This document shows, one piece after another, positions 1-15,300 of a stretch of DNA of 64,000 nucleotides. The DNA lies in NCBI GenBank assembly GCA_964016885.1, contig OZ024743.1, positions 64,480,001 to 64,544,000 on the forward strand, read 5' to 3'. The stretch is from Eledone cirrhosa. Its lineage: Eukaryota. The position numbers and the translations under genes were made by a program. The stretch's first letter is position 1. The number at the start of each line of letters is the position of its first letter. The notes beneath the pieces are model-generated. The model saw only the letters and a program-made list of their open reading frames with translations. It did not search any database and had not been told where the DNA came from.

Positions 1-16
1 ATACATATATATATAT

Positions 17-49
<33 letters not shown>

Positions 50-75
50 TATATACATATATATACATATATATA

Positions 76-135
<60 letters not shown>

Positions 136-452
136 TACACATATATATATCCGTACGAATTTATATATCATGCTTTGCTTGGTAATTTCATTTAAGTGAA
201 ACATAAGCGGCCTTGTTAACGACTCCCTTGTTTTACTAATAACATAAACGTCTATACATCTTACTTCCTCTATTTTCTTTACATGACACATATCTCCACT
301 CTCTATAGAGATTTATGAAGACCTGTTGGGCTCTCGTGATTTTTACGTGATGAAAAATATTAATGTTGTGAATATTTTGTTGCCATACCAAACCAAGTCA
401 AATTACTTCCATCACGAATAGAACACCACGGGTGCATGCAAAGTATCATACG

Positions 453-524
<72 letters not shown>

Positions 525-526
525 GT

Positions 527-808
527 GGAGGCACGTGACCCAGTGGTAAGGGTGTTGGACTTACGATCATAATGTCGTGGGCTCGAATCCTGGGCTGCGT
601 GTTGCGTTCTTGAGCAAAACACTTCATTTCACGTTGCTCCAGTATAGTCACCTGAAAATGAGTACTGGCAATAGCTGGAGGTTTAACCCTGCGATGGACT
701 GGCGTACTGTCCAGGAGGAGTCTTGTACTCTCAGTCGCTTCACGCCATGAAACCGGGATAAGCACCGGCCAAATGAACCTTCTGGCTTAAGACAGACTTT
801 AGACTTTA
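527..808 (+). mobile_element. tRNA-derived SINE family B (CORE-like central domain)
   Basis: A/B-box head (cccagtggtaagg; ggctcgaatcc), CORE-like ttcttgagcaaaacacttcatttc, aaccctgcgatggactggcg body, (agacttt) tail; homologous copy at 36135-36420. Confidence 0.8.
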
Positions 809-829
809 TATATATATATATATATATAT

Positions 830-1007
830 AACGAAGGAAGTTTGATAAGGAACCAGGTCGACCATAACGCACCAGAATACTCGATACTTTGGGTAGTAGA
901 ATGGGTAATAGGAAAATAGTCAGGACCCCGACGGCAGAGCTCCAGCCTTTTGACGGCTATTTCTGGACAGAAATAGCCGTCGAAACGGCTGGAGCTCTGA
1001 CTATTTT

Positions 1008-1010
<3 letters not shown>
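830..1010 (-). mobile_element. (TA)n-flanked fold-back element, family F1
   Basis: ~140 bp conserved body starting aacgaaggaag..aaggaaccagg..ccataacgcacca plus a terminal inverted duplication; copies at 34235-34374, 34479-34608, 46431-46638, 46713-46745, 47641-47842, 48314-48517, 63697-63844. Confidence 0.8.
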
Positions 1011-1081
<71 letters not shown>

Positions 1082-1200
1082 TGTACTATGGGAAACATAC
1101 GTTAAACGATGACAATTATGGGTGTATATATATATATGTATGCATATATGTATATACACACATTCTTGTGTATTCATATGCATACATATGTATACATACA

Positions 1201-2494
1201 CCCATAATTATCAACATTTAACGTAGTTTTTTTCCATATATACATATATTCACGCACACACACACATATAATATATGTATATATATTTATATTTATATTT
1301 ATATTTAAATATATATTTATAATTATATATGTATATATATATATATATATATATAAATATTGAAGTTTCCGTTGAAAATTGAAAAAGTCATAGGAGTGAA
1401 GAGTGCTCTTTGTAAGTACCAGAGCTAAATTTAATGTATAATAAACAATACAATATAATTACCTCATTACCAGAGGTTTCCCGAATAAGATGAATACAAA
1501 AAACGTCCTCATTCGTTCATCGGACAAGGCAATTTAAAACATAGTGAAATATTTGAAAAATCTCCTCAAGAAAGGCAAAAGTTTAACGGGCAAAAAAAAT
1601 ATATAAATAAATGTAATGCAAGAGATATATAAAAATAAGGAAATATAGTTAGGGTATGTGTATAAATGTGTGTATATTCACTCACAAATGTACATATGTG
1701 TGTATGTACAAATGCATGTGTATAGTGAAAATGTGTGCGTAAGTACATACATGAGGGCAAGCATATCAGTGTATGTGTGACCACAAATACGTATATAATA
1801 TATGTTGAAAAAGAAATTGTAAGATTATAGAGTTAACATAGATCCAGATTCATGTATTAAGGAATATGTGTTCGCATATATGTGGTCGCACGTGTGTGTG
1901 TGTTTTTATACGCGTGCTTTCATACTTGTATGTGTATATATTTCATTCCTTAATACCTGTATCTGGATGTACGTTAACTCTATTATCTTACAATTTCTTT
2001 TTCAACATATATTATATACGTATTTGTGGTCACACATACACTGATATGCTTGCCCTCATGTATATACTTACGCACACATTTTCACTATACACATGCATTT
2101 GTACATACAGACATATGTACATTTGTGAGTGAATATACACACATTTATACACATATCCTAACTATATTTCCTTATCTTTATATATCTCTTGCATTACTTT
2201 TATTTATATATTTTTTTTGCCCGTTAAACTTTTGCCTTTCTTGAGGAGATTTTTCAAATATTTCACTATGTTTTAAATTGCCTTGTCTGACGAACGAATG
2301 AGGACGTTTCTTGTATTCGTCTTATGCGAGAAACCTCTGGTAATGAGGTAATTATATTGTATTGTTTATTATACATTATATATATATATGTATACATATA
2401 TAAATGTAAATATATATTTATATATAAATATAAATATATATTTATATATAAATATAAATATATATATATATTATGCGTGTGTGTGCGCGCGCGC

Positions 2495-2564
<70 letters not shown>

Positions 2565-2610
2565 ATATGTACATATGGAAAAAAACTACGTTAAATGTTG
2601 ATAATTATGG
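1201..2610. repeat. Imperfect ~1.4 kb inverted duplication
   Basis: 1201-1866 mirrors 1945-2610 (near-identical spurious ORFs 1566..1784- and 2026..2244+). Confidence 0.9.
2282..2355 (+). ncRNA. Hammerhead-like fold (mirror copy at 1460-1523 on - strand)
   Basis: CTGACGA(2287)-a-cgaatgaggacg..cgtcttat(g/t)cg-GAAAC(2330)-ctc-tggtaat-gag-GTA; stems II and III pair, stem I weak. Confidence 0.55.
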
Positions 2611-2984
2611 GTCGGTCGCATTTAGTTAATGTTCACACCAGTTTGAGGCAGAACGGAATCCCTGTTGATGAAATGAATCCTCTGTTCGATCATGGAATAC
2701 CACAAGCTTGCGTGTTACGTAAGTTGGATAAACACCTCAGACGTATATCGTTTGATTTGTCCAGGTCTGTATTTTAACCTGTTAGTTCTTTCGTTACTTT
2801 GGTATTGTATGGTTGGGTTTTGCCTACCGCAATGTTCAATTTGTCAGGCTATTTAAACGTAATGTTATTACTCTAAGGACCTACTCTTATTGAGTGCTTT
2901 GCTACTCATTTCTATTGTAGGTCGACTTTGCTTGGCCACAGCCAAAGCTTCGATTTTACTAAGCTTCCACTTGCATATATATAT

Positions 2985-3155
2985 CATCATCATCATCATC
3001 ATCATCTTCGTTTAACGTCTATCTTCCACGCTAGCATGGGTTAGACGGGAGTTGTCCCACTTGAGGCAAGGTTGGTCGGGTGACCGTGTCTCGCTCATAT
3101 AGGACTATCTGGCAGGTTTTCTACGGCTGGATACCCTTCCTAACACCAACCACAT
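2985..3155 (-). mobile_element. 3' part of an RTE-tailed SINE/LINE with (GAT)n tail
   Basis: Minus strand reads ggttggtgttaggaagggtatccagccgtagaaaa...agacgttaaacgaa(gat)n. Confidence 0.5.
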
Positions 3156-3389
3156 TTACAGTGTGAACTGGGAACTTTTTACCGTGTTACCTACACGGCC
3201 ACATTACAGCGTGGGCTGTGTGTTTTTTTTTTTTGTCGTGACACCTACACGATCTCGATCTCATTACCTCATTTATTTGGACTGGATGTTGTGGTACCAA
3301 CTTTACAGAGAGAGGGTGGTGTTAGTGGGAGTGGGAGGATAGGGTAGGGGCAGTGGATTGGGGTGTATATTTGGTTAAGAGGTGCTTAC

Positions 3390-3510
<121 letters not shown>

Positions 3511-3523
3511 TTATGTATGCATT

Positions 3524-3589
<66 letters not shown>

Positions 3590-4324
3590 AATGCATACAT
3601 AATGATATATATATATATATATATATATACATATTTGTGTTATAAGATGATGTCTAACTGGGGTTACATATCCATCACTCCAATAAGTAAACAATGATGT
3701 AATTAGGTTCAAACACACGGCGTTGTGTGTATTCTTCATTTCCTTTAAGGCCAGGCTAGTTTTTAAGCGCAACATCTCCGCCCCCTTGTCAATAGTCTGT
3801 AGTGAATTATAAATAATACATAACCTTATTACTTAACATGCAGTCTGACGAAGTCGTGTTGGTAATTGCGTAATTACAACATTACGTAATTATTAATTAT
3901 TAACGCCACAGATATATATGTTGCAGAAGATTACTGAATGAAATGAATTTTGAACCTCTACATCCAATTTATGTGAAGAATCATTGAGGCCAGTATCATT
4001 AACAAAAAAAAAGCCAGATATAAATAATAGATTGGCTATAATAACGGCTCCATGCATGCGATTTTCAGAAACGTATTCCGGCTAGGCAGGAACACATCGA
4101 TCGTTCATTTTTGTACTGAACTGTTTGTTTCACATCTGAAAAGGAGTTAGCCTTAAAATCTCATATTGAAATATACTGAGTAAAACATTGCTTTGTTTTG
4201 TTTTATTTGTCATGCTGTACCTTTATATATTTCTACCACATTGTACTGGCTTTTTGAAACTTATCAGTAGTGTATTACATATATGTGTGTGTGTGTAGCT
4301 ATATATACATACACACACACACGC

Positions 4325-4474
<150 letters not shown>

Positions 4475-4498
4475 TATATATATATACCTATATATATA

Positions 4499-4561
<63 letters not shown>

Positions 4562-4571
4562 TATATATATA

Positions 4572-4639
<68 letters not shown>

Positions 4640-4642
4640 ATA

Positions 4643-4679
<37 letters not shown>

Positions 4680-4778
4680 ATATATATATATAATATATAT
4701 ATATACCTATATATAATATATATATATATATACCTATATATATATATATATAATATATATATATAATATATATATATA

Positions 4779-4865
<87 letters not shown>

Positions 4866-4951
4866 ATATATATATATATAATATATATATATATATACCT
4901 ATATATATATATATACCTATATATATATATATACCTATATATATATATATA

Positions 4952-5024
<73 letters not shown>

Positions 5025-5075
5025 TTATTTATTTATATTTATAAATATATGTATATGCATGTATATATATATGTC

Positions 5076-5208
<133 letters not shown>

Positions 5209-5705
5209 GCATGCATATATAAATAATTGGGAGCAATAGTTCAGACGGTGGCTTGTGTGAGAGTATGTGCATGTGTGTGTGTGTGTGTGCTGCTTTGTCG
5301 CTGTCTGTGTCTGAGTTTTGTTACATCTTGACTCATAACTTTGTGGTTTCATGAATAAAGAAAAAACATTTGCATAAGAACAAGCCTGAAATAAGAATTT
5401 GTAATAATATGAGTGACTTAATCCTTTGGTATCGCGGCCCCAGCATGACTGAAGTCAAATACCTAAACTAGTAAAAGAATAGGAAAATATTTAATATTTA
5501 TAAGATATATGGTGCCAATAGCGATTTAAAATGCTAACATTGATATCTAATTTACACTAAATTGGCAGAAGGGCAAAGTTGCTTAAATTAACACCCATAC
5601 ATGACTGGTAAAATAGTTTATGTACACCTGAAGAATGAAAGGCAAAGTTGATCTTGGCAGGATTTGATCTCGGAATGTAAAGAGCCAGAACAATTATTGC
5701 AATGG

Positions 5706-5928
5706 CAATTTGTCCCATGTTCTTCAGCAATGGAATGAGTCCAAATTTGCTAACCAAGACCTCGTCCAGGACCCCACATCTAAACCAGCCGGCTTTGACC
5801 TTCCTAGAATGCAATGGATGTCCCTTAATCAGATCCACACAACACATACCAGAACAGCACATCATCTTCATCGGTGGAAAATGAAAGACAGCCCAGCATG
5901 TGACTGTGGGGACCCTAACCAGACAGTA
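5706..5928 (+). pseudogene. Vingi/Ingi-like LINE C-terminal fragment
   Basis: Translation DPTSKPAGFDLPRMQWMSLNQIHT..LHRWKMKDSPACDCGDPNQTV resembles the Vingi C-terminal zinc-finger region. Confidence 0.7.
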
Positions 5929-6183
5929 GTTATTGTTTTACAGCTCACACCTATGCAGGTTTAGTGAAATAAAGTGTCTTGCTCAAGGAAATAACACATC
6001 ACCCGGTCCAAGAATTGAGCTCCCAACCTTTCAATTGCAAGCCCAATGTTCTAACCAGTAAGCCATGTGCCTTCACAACCAGACAGTGCTGCATGTTGTT
6101 CAGGATAGTCCCTTCAGACGTTTTCTTGGTGGCCTGGAGCCAATCCATAATGCGACAAATGACACCTTAGTCTGGCTCACCAA

Positions 6184-6214
<31 letters not shown>

Positions 6215-6234
6215 AATTCTCTTTCTTTCTAAAC

Positions 6235-6432
6235 TCCACACTTCCACCCGCCCGACCCCCTGCACTCTTTTGTCCGTCTCATACCCCCCCCCCACACTTT
6301 ATTCGCCCTTCACCCGATTTTTCTTCTTCATCTCTTTTTTCTTTCTTCTTCTGTTACTTTCTCCATTTCTCTTTTTTCTCCCCATTCTCTTTCTCTCTCT
6401 TTCTCTCCTCTATCCCTCTCTTCAATCCTCTT

Positions 6433-6475
<43 letters not shown>

Positions 6476-6600
6476 TGCACACACTCACACACACACTGAC
6501 TACGCCTTCGTCATGAATTCTTCCTAACTGTTTCTCCCAGTCTCTATTTTTCTTTTTCATTCCCCCTCTCTCTCCCTCTCCCCCCTCCCTCTCTCTCTCC
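6235..6600 (+). repeat. Pyrimidine-rich interspersed repeat (second copy at 42858-43210)
   Basis: cacacttccacccgcccgacccc...atgaattcttcctaactgtttctcccagtctctatttttc is shared by both loci, each preceded by (CT)n. Confidence 0.8.
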
Positions 6601-6734
6601 AACTAACTATTGTTCACATGTCATACGACAAGAAGATCAATCCCTCACACTGGTAAAAGAAATATTAAAATAAATAAATAAATACGACAAAAGACATTTC
6701 AAGAATTATCAATATTAATATTATTATCTATCAC

Positions 6735-7232
6735 CATTCGATAAAATAAAGTACCAGTAATGCACTGGAGTAATTGCTAGCCTTGTGCCAAAAGTAGAAA
6801 CAATTATTATTATTATTATTACCAGGGCGGTGGATTGGCAGTATCGGTAGAGGGTCGGGCGCCATGCTTTGACGCATAGAGTTACGGCCCTTGCCATTCT
6901 GAGTTCAAATCCCGCCGAGGTTAACTTTGCCTTTCATCCTTACGGGGTCGATAAAATAAAGTACCAGTAATACATTGGGTAATTGCTAGCCTTGTGCCAA
7001 AAGTAGAAACAATTATTATTATTATTATTATTACCAAGGGCGGTGAATGTGCAGTATCGGTAGAGGGTCAGACATGCTTTCCAGCGTAGTTACGTCCCTT
7101 TACGATCTGAGTTCAAATCCCGCCGAGGTTAACTTTGCCTTTCATCCTTACAGGGTCGATAAAATAAAGTACCAGTAATACGCTGGGTAATTTGATGGCC
7201 TTGTGCCAAAAGTAGAAACAATTCTTATTATT
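6735..7232 (+). mobile_element. Tandem cluster of tRNA-derived SINE family A (one partial and two full copies)
   Basis: A box tggcagtatcggt, B box gagttcaaatcc, body aactttgcctttcatccttacggggtcgataaaataaagtaccag (Meta/MESC-domain-like), (ATT)n tail. Confidence 0.85.
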
Positions 7233-7494
7233 ACCACCATCATCATCATCATCACCATCATCACCATCATGATCATGACCACCATCATCATCATAAGCAT
7301 CATCAACAAAATGATCAGTGTACGTACTTAACAGTAAATACCATTAAACTTTATTTTCATAATATATGTTCTAATATATTTTCCATTCCATTCAGTTCCA
7401 TTGTGTTAATAAATAGAAAGAAGATCCAATTGCCAATATATTTGTTAGAAACCATTCATGCGAAAACGGATATAACAATTTCTTTTAAATATAT

Positions 7495-7680
7495 TTATAC
7501 GTATATATGTATAGACGCATGTATGTATATATGTATATATGTATAAATGTATGTACGTATATGTGTATATATGTATGGACGCATGTACGTATATACGTAT
7601 ATACGTATAGACATATGTACGAATATAAATAGGTATAAATGCATGCATGTATATATGTATATATGTATAAATGCATGTAC

Positions 7681-7738
<58 letters not shown>

Positions 7739-8190
7739 ACGCATGTACGTATATACGTATATATGTATAGACATATGTACGAATATATGTATATAGGTAT
7801 AAATGCATGTATGTATATATGTATATATGCATAAGTGCATGTATGTATATGTATATATAAATGTATGTATGTATGTATGTATATATGTATAAATGCATGC
7901 ACGTATATATGTATGAAAGTATGTATGTATATTTGTATAAATGCATGTACGTATATATGTAAAAATGCATGTATGTATATATGTAAAAATGCATGTATGT
8001 ATATAAGTATAAATATATGTGTGTATATATTTATAAATACTTGTAAGTATACATGTATAAATATATTTGTACGGATATATGTATAAACGCATGTATGTAT
8101 ATGTGTATAAATGCATGTACGTATATATGTATAGATATATTTGTATGTATGTATAAATGCATGTACATATATATGTATGAATGCATGTAT
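7495..8190. repeat. Degenerate AT-rich minisatellite
   Basis: Recurring ataaatgcatgta(c/t)gtatatatgt units. Confidence 0.8.
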
Positions 8191-8261
8191 ATATATGTGT
8201 GTATGTGCATGTATGTGTTTTAATGTGTGTGGTTTTTATGTACACACACACACACACACAG

Positions 8262-8334
<73 letters not shown>

Positions 8335-8505
8335 TAAAGATTAAAGTTTCATTGTAATCAATATTTGCTCTACGGTTCTTAATAATATATATATATATAT
8401 ATATATATGTAAACGCCCTCACAAACATGCATATGTATGTAAAAACACACACATTTACATCCCCCATATACATATATATATATCTTTATAAATATACGTA
8501 CATGC

Positions 8506-8577
<72 letters not shown>

Positions 8578-8885
8578 GCATGTACGTATATTTATAAAGA
8601 TATATATATATATATATGGGGGATGTAAATGTGTGTGTGTTTTTACATACATATGCATGTTTGTGAGGGCGTTTACATACATGCATAAATGCATGTATGT
8701 ACATATATTTATAAAGATATAAATATACGGTCATGCGTGTCTAAATGTGTGTTTTCATATATTTGTATATATGAGAGTGTGTGAAATAATCCCAGTACAT
8801 ATATTTGTGAGCATGTCTTAGAGTTTTATATATATATATATATTCACGTATATAGAAACTAATCCGTTTCATTATATATATATAA

Positions 8886-8971
<86 letters not shown>

Positions 8972-8994
8972 TATATATAAATGTGTATATATAA

Positions 8995-9025
<31 letters not shown>

Positions 9026-9182
9026 ATGTATATATAATAAAACGGATCAGTTTCTATATACATGAATATATATTTATAAAACTCTAAGACATGCTCACAA
9101 ATATATGTATATGCATGAATATATATGAATATATATAATTATACAAACATATACATACATATATATATATATATATCATATA

Positions 9183-9257
<75 letters not shown>

Positions 9258-9621
9258 TATATACATACACATAGACATAGATATAGATATATATATACAT
9301 ATACATAAATATTCATGTGTGTAACATACATACATGTGTGTGTGTGTGTGTGCGTCTGTGGGTTTCTGTGTGTCTGTGTGTCTGTGTGCGTCTGTGGGTT
9401 TGTGTCTGTGTATGTGTGTCTGTGTGTCTATCTGCAATATCAATCCTTTATTTAAAATTCCTGTATTGTAAACCGTCTTAACAGCTCGATCAGTTGTCTT
9501 CATCGATTACTAGGAAACAGATCAACTGTAATCAATACATTGCAATGTATGCATGCGTATATATTTCATTCCATTCAACACACCTAACCAACCACACACG
9601 CAAACAAACATATATGATATG

Positions 9622-9739
<118 letters not shown>

Positions 9740-9834
9740 TATATATATTTACATATATATACACCATGCATATACATGCATTATTCATATACGTATATAT
9801 ATATATATATATATATATACATACATATAAATAA

Positions 9835-9887
<53 letters not shown>

Positions 9888-9900
9888 ATAAATATATATA

Positions 9901-9962
<62 letters not shown>

Positions 9963-10455
9963 CACCCCATGCATTTACAGGCATTATGCATATACGTATA
10001 TATATATATATGTGTGTGTGTGTGTACGTGTGTATGTACACACAGACACACACACACACACATACACACGTACACACACACACTCACACAGAAACACACA
10101 CTACCAGCATTACCATATCTCAACCATTGTTAATAGTTCAAGTGATGGCGTTTCACATTTCCTCATATATTTTTTTTTTATACCTTTTAATTTCTGCTTC
10201 TTTGTTTCATTTCTTTTTACATTCTCCAGTGTTTTATAGATATTTATTTTCTGTAATATTTTTACTGAACAGACGTAAAGGAAGGCAACAATTTGGCGAT
10301 TTCACAATTTGGCATAAATGTTTGTTCTTCTAAAAATCTGGGAGTTTCATTCAGTACTTTGGGGGTTGCTGGTGTTTGGGGGAGTATTTAAAAAATTTTG
10401 ATTACGTTTTTGTATTTTTTTAATCTCTCTGAGTTTTATTTTGTCTGTGTATATA

Positions 10456-10514
<59 letters not shown>

Positions 10515-10543
10515 TTATATACATATATATACATATATATATT

Positions 10544-10628
<85 letters not shown>

Positions 10629-10957
10629 CATATATATACATATATATATACATATATATATACATATATATATATTATACATATATATATACATATATAT
10701 ATACATATATATATATTATACATATATATATATATTTCAAATCTTTCTATATATTTATATATATATAAATATTATATATATATATACATATATATATATA
10801 TACATATTTATTATAGATATATAGATATATTATACACACACACATATATATATATATATACATATATATACAATCATATATATATATATACATATACAGT
10901 CATATATATATATATATATATATACATCCATATGCACATCCTTATGTATATATATAC

Positions 10958-11030
<73 letters not shown>

Positions 11031-11065
11031 TACATTTACATAAATTATATTTCTGTACACACACA

Positions 11066-11137
<72 letters not shown>

Positions 11138-11517
11138 TATTATATTATATATATATATGCATTATATATATACATTATACATATATGTGTGTGTGTGTAC
11201 GTACATATATATATGCGTATATATATGCATATATAGACATATATATGGTATATATAATTGTGTGTAGTAGTAAAGTGTGAATATGTCCATATATTTTAGT
11301 AGTCCATCAGTTTGTATTCAGTTCAGACGCCCACACGTGTTGTGGCCATCCAGTCCGTCCTTTTCCTTTCTTATTCTCCAGAAACTCTGTCTCCTGCAAA
11401 AGAGAATAGGAAAACAACGTGTTATGGAAGAGACCTTGATTTATTTTACATGTGCACACACACAGACAAACACACACGCACACTCAAACACAAAAATATA
11501 TATGTATATATGTACAA

Positions 11518-11745
11518 TGATATTAAATAAATGGAAACTATATTTATAAAACCATATTTATTTTATTATATATATTTCAAAGGCAATCAAGACAACATTG
11601 GTACGCTTTCATCAGATAAAATACAAAGTTTGTTTTATAAATAGAGACATACCCATGAAAATCATGCCTTACTGTTGAGTGCTCTAAATCAGTTGTAAAC
11701 ATTTATATTTGTCGGACTTCCAACAAATTAAATACCACTTCTACA
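11518..11745 (-). mobile_element. Hammerhead-bearing ~230 bp Penelope-pLTR-like repeat (family H1)
   Basis: Minus strand attttat-CTGATGA-aagcgtaccaa..ttgattgccttt-GAAA-tatatATA-ataaaat at 11560-11622; homologous to 48015-48245(+) and 21500-21628(+); adjoins (TA)n. Confidence 0.65.
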
Positions 11746-11785
11746 TATATATAAACATATATATATACATATATGTATATATATG

Positions 11786-11987
<202 letters not shown>

Positions 11988-11994
11988 CATATGC

Positions 11995-12073
<79 letters not shown>

Positions 12074-12160
12074 AACATTAAGAAAGATGGTGATGTTCCA
12101 TAAATCGTTTATTCATAATAAATATTTCAACGGCTCTCTTATGCAATCCATGTGTATATG

Positions 12161-12256
<96 letters not shown>

Positions 12257-12984
12257 AGTACATATTGCTATACGGGTTTATATATATATACTATTTCGGT
12301 TAAATCTATACATATATATAATGTATATTGATTAAGTTACTCAACAAAGGAAGCTTAATGAACATTAAGTACAGAGTATAATTTATACAAATTTAAAACG
12401 ATATACGATTGGTGATTGAGCCCATTTGTTAGATCGAATATCGACATCATATTCTGGAATTTATCATGAAACAACCATATAAGTGAAATTTAGACAATCT
12501 TGGCTTGGTTCTTTCTATCAGCGAGTACCACAGCAAAGAGTCTCGGCCTTTTATGGTCTGAGATCAAATCCTGCCGAGGTTAGCTTTGCCTTTCATCCTT
12601 ACGGGGTCGATAAAATAAAGTACCAGTAATACACTGGGATAATTGTATATATGTATATATATATGTATATATATAAATATATATATTTAATAAATGTAAT
12701 CTGAGTTTTTCGAATATTAATAATCGTTTCTACTTTTGGCACAAGGCCAGCAACTATTCCAGTGAATCTTTTCATATATATATATGAAAAGATTCACGAC
12801 CCCGATGGCTGAGCTCCTGCCGTGTCGACATATATATATATGTATGTGTGTATATATATATGTACGCATATATATAATGAAATTATTGTGTAAAGTGCTC
12901 AGGTGCACTACAACTCGTCAATATAGTACATAGAATAATACACAAATGTCAGGGAAGTACATATGTGTATGTGTTAGCTGTAGT

Positions 12985-14220
12985 ATTGGCGGATCTCGGG
13001 AAGCATGGAGGCCTTAAAGGATGCAGTGTCTCGGCAGGTAGTTTGTTCCATGCTTCAGCAACTCTGAGCGTGAAAAAATGTTTCCGAAAGTCATGGTAAC
13101 TGTGCTGTTTTCTGACTTTGTGGGCATGTCCACGCGTGTTAGATACATGGAAATCAAAAAGGTACTCAGGGTTGTTGTTGGCAACATGGTTAACAATTTT
13201 GTGGGTGTTTACCAAGTCAGTTGCCAGGCGTCGGAGCTTCAATGAATCCATGCCCAGGGAAGCAAGGCGCTCAGAGTATGGTAGATGCCTGATGGAGGGT
13301 ATTCGCTTGGTTGCACGTCTCTGAACAGTTTCCAGGCGGTCAATGTCCTGAGCAAGATAGGGGTTCCAGACTGGTGATGCAAATTCTAAGTGTGGTCGCA
13401 CCATAGCTGTATACAGCCTTAAATAGATATCTGGAGAGCGGCTGACAAAGGTCTTGCTGAGTGATGCTAAGACACCCTCGGCCCTCTTGACAATTTTAGA
13501 GACGTACCTCGTCCAACGCAAATCGCTGCTGACCGTAATGCCCAGGTCACGTTCACAGGAAGACTTCTTGATATTAGTGCTGTGGAGGGAGTATGTGGAC
13601 GCTGGGTTTTTACTCCCAAAATGCCTGAGTTGCCAGTCTGAGATCCATTGTTGCATTGTGTCCAGGTCAGACTGCAAGCAAGATCTATAGTGTTCAGGAT
13701 CTGTCCTTTTTATCTCAAGGTACAGCTTGATGTCGTCTGCGTACTTTAGTACTGTGGCATTCCTTAAGTTGGCATCTATGTCATTAATATATACAACAAA
13801 CAAAAGGGGTCCAAGAACAGATCCCTGTGGTACACCAGATGACATCTCATATGGTGAGGAATGCTGTCCCAGGACCGTGACTACCTCTCTTCGACTGAGA
13901 ATGAAGGACTTCAACCAGTTAAAAAGATCATCCTTCACACCCATTGCAGAGAGTTTTGCCATAAGCCTTTTGTGTGGCACAGAATTGAAGGCCTTCGCAA
14001 AGTCAAGGTAAACAACATCCACCCATGAGCCGCCATCAGTGATCCGGGTGATGTCCTCAAGAAACTCTATAAGTTGATCACAGCAGCTGGAGTTGGGGAT
14101 AAATCCAAATTGCGAGGGCCGGATAAGACTGTGAGAGCTCCAGAAGTTCCAAAGTGTTTCTCTGACACAGGATTCCATCAGTTTGGCGATGCAACTAGTA
14201 AGACTGACTGGACGATAGTT
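12985..14220 (-). pseudogene. 5'-truncated CR1/L2-group LINE reverse transcriptase fragment
   Basis: NYRPVSLTS, QFGF, YLDFAKAFNSVPH, SGVPQGSVLGPLLF, YADD, ERDLG, VRPHLEFASPVW, LETVQRRATK, TRGH, FFTLRVAEAWNKLP; no endonuclease; apparent internal deletion near WQLRHFG. Confidence 0.9.
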
Positions 14221-15153
14221 CTATCTCTATCAAACTATATCAAGTTGAATATAGAAATGACTTCTCCGTGACTAGAACTGTTTCATTCAAAAGAAATCAT
14301 CAAGAAATCAACCTAACTAAGAATATGAACTAACTTGTTACTGTTTCCAGAATTACTTTACATGATTTCCTCAATAACTATTTCTAGTGATCAACTGGTA
14401 GATTTTCCCACTGCTTCTTTTGTCAACCGCTTTCTTTCATATATGACACACACACTCACTGAAATTATAAATTTGTATGTGTGTGTATATGTATATGTAT
14501 TACCTATAACGATATCTTGTTATCCTTTATTTACACACATATATATATATATGTAAATAAAGGATAACAAGATATCGTTATAGGTAATCCAATTAGAGGT
14601 TGTGAATACTTCTTATTATGGATAGTTTTAGAGCACAGCGTTGTTTGACTCAACAAGAGGTTTACGTAGATGACGAGTTTATGATTTCACTTGTATTCCT
14701 ATGTAAGTTAAACTTGGAGTAGTAAAATTGAAAAAGTGGAGAATAACATGGTCAACAGTATAAAAAAGGGAATTTATTTATAGTCTCACAATTGTTTCAC
14801 TGATAGAGTTGTCTAAAAATTGCTAAACACTGAAAGTAGTGCCACTCAATTTAAAATACATGTTATCTCTATTCCCTTTTTTGTACTGTTGACCATGTTA
14901 TTCTCCACTTTTTCAATTTTATATATATATATATATATAAAATATTAAAAAAATAATGAATAAAACAATGAAACAGCTCCTTATATTAAACAAAAAAAGT
15001 TCATTATTTAACGATCGTTTCTGGGATATATATGTGTTAGAATTGGCATGTATATTTAACAGATCTATGTACAAAATTATACAAAATTATACAAACTATC
15101 AAAATTAAATATACATACCAACTCATATATATGCCGTCTTCAGAAATAATAAT

Positions 15154-15300
15154 TTATTTCTGAAGACGGCATATATATGAGTTGGTATGTATATTTAATT
15201 TTGATAGTTTGTATAATTTTGTATAATTTTGTACATAGATCTGTTAAATATACATGCCAATTCTAACACATATATATCCCAGAAACGATCGTTAAATAAT
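15154..15300 (+). ncRNA. Type-I hammerhead ribozyme fold with long stem II (mirror copy on - strand ~15002-15148)
   Basis: ttattt-CTGAAGA(15160)-stem II (ggcatatatatg..catatatatcc; ttggtatgtatatttaa..ttaaatatacatgccaa)-GAAAC(15282)-GATC-GTT-aaataa; stem I ttattt/aaataa. Confidence 0.7.

Noticed and set aside
6825-6920. tRNA genes at the A/B-box sequences
   Set aside because: They do not form cloverleafs and continue into SINE bodies and tails
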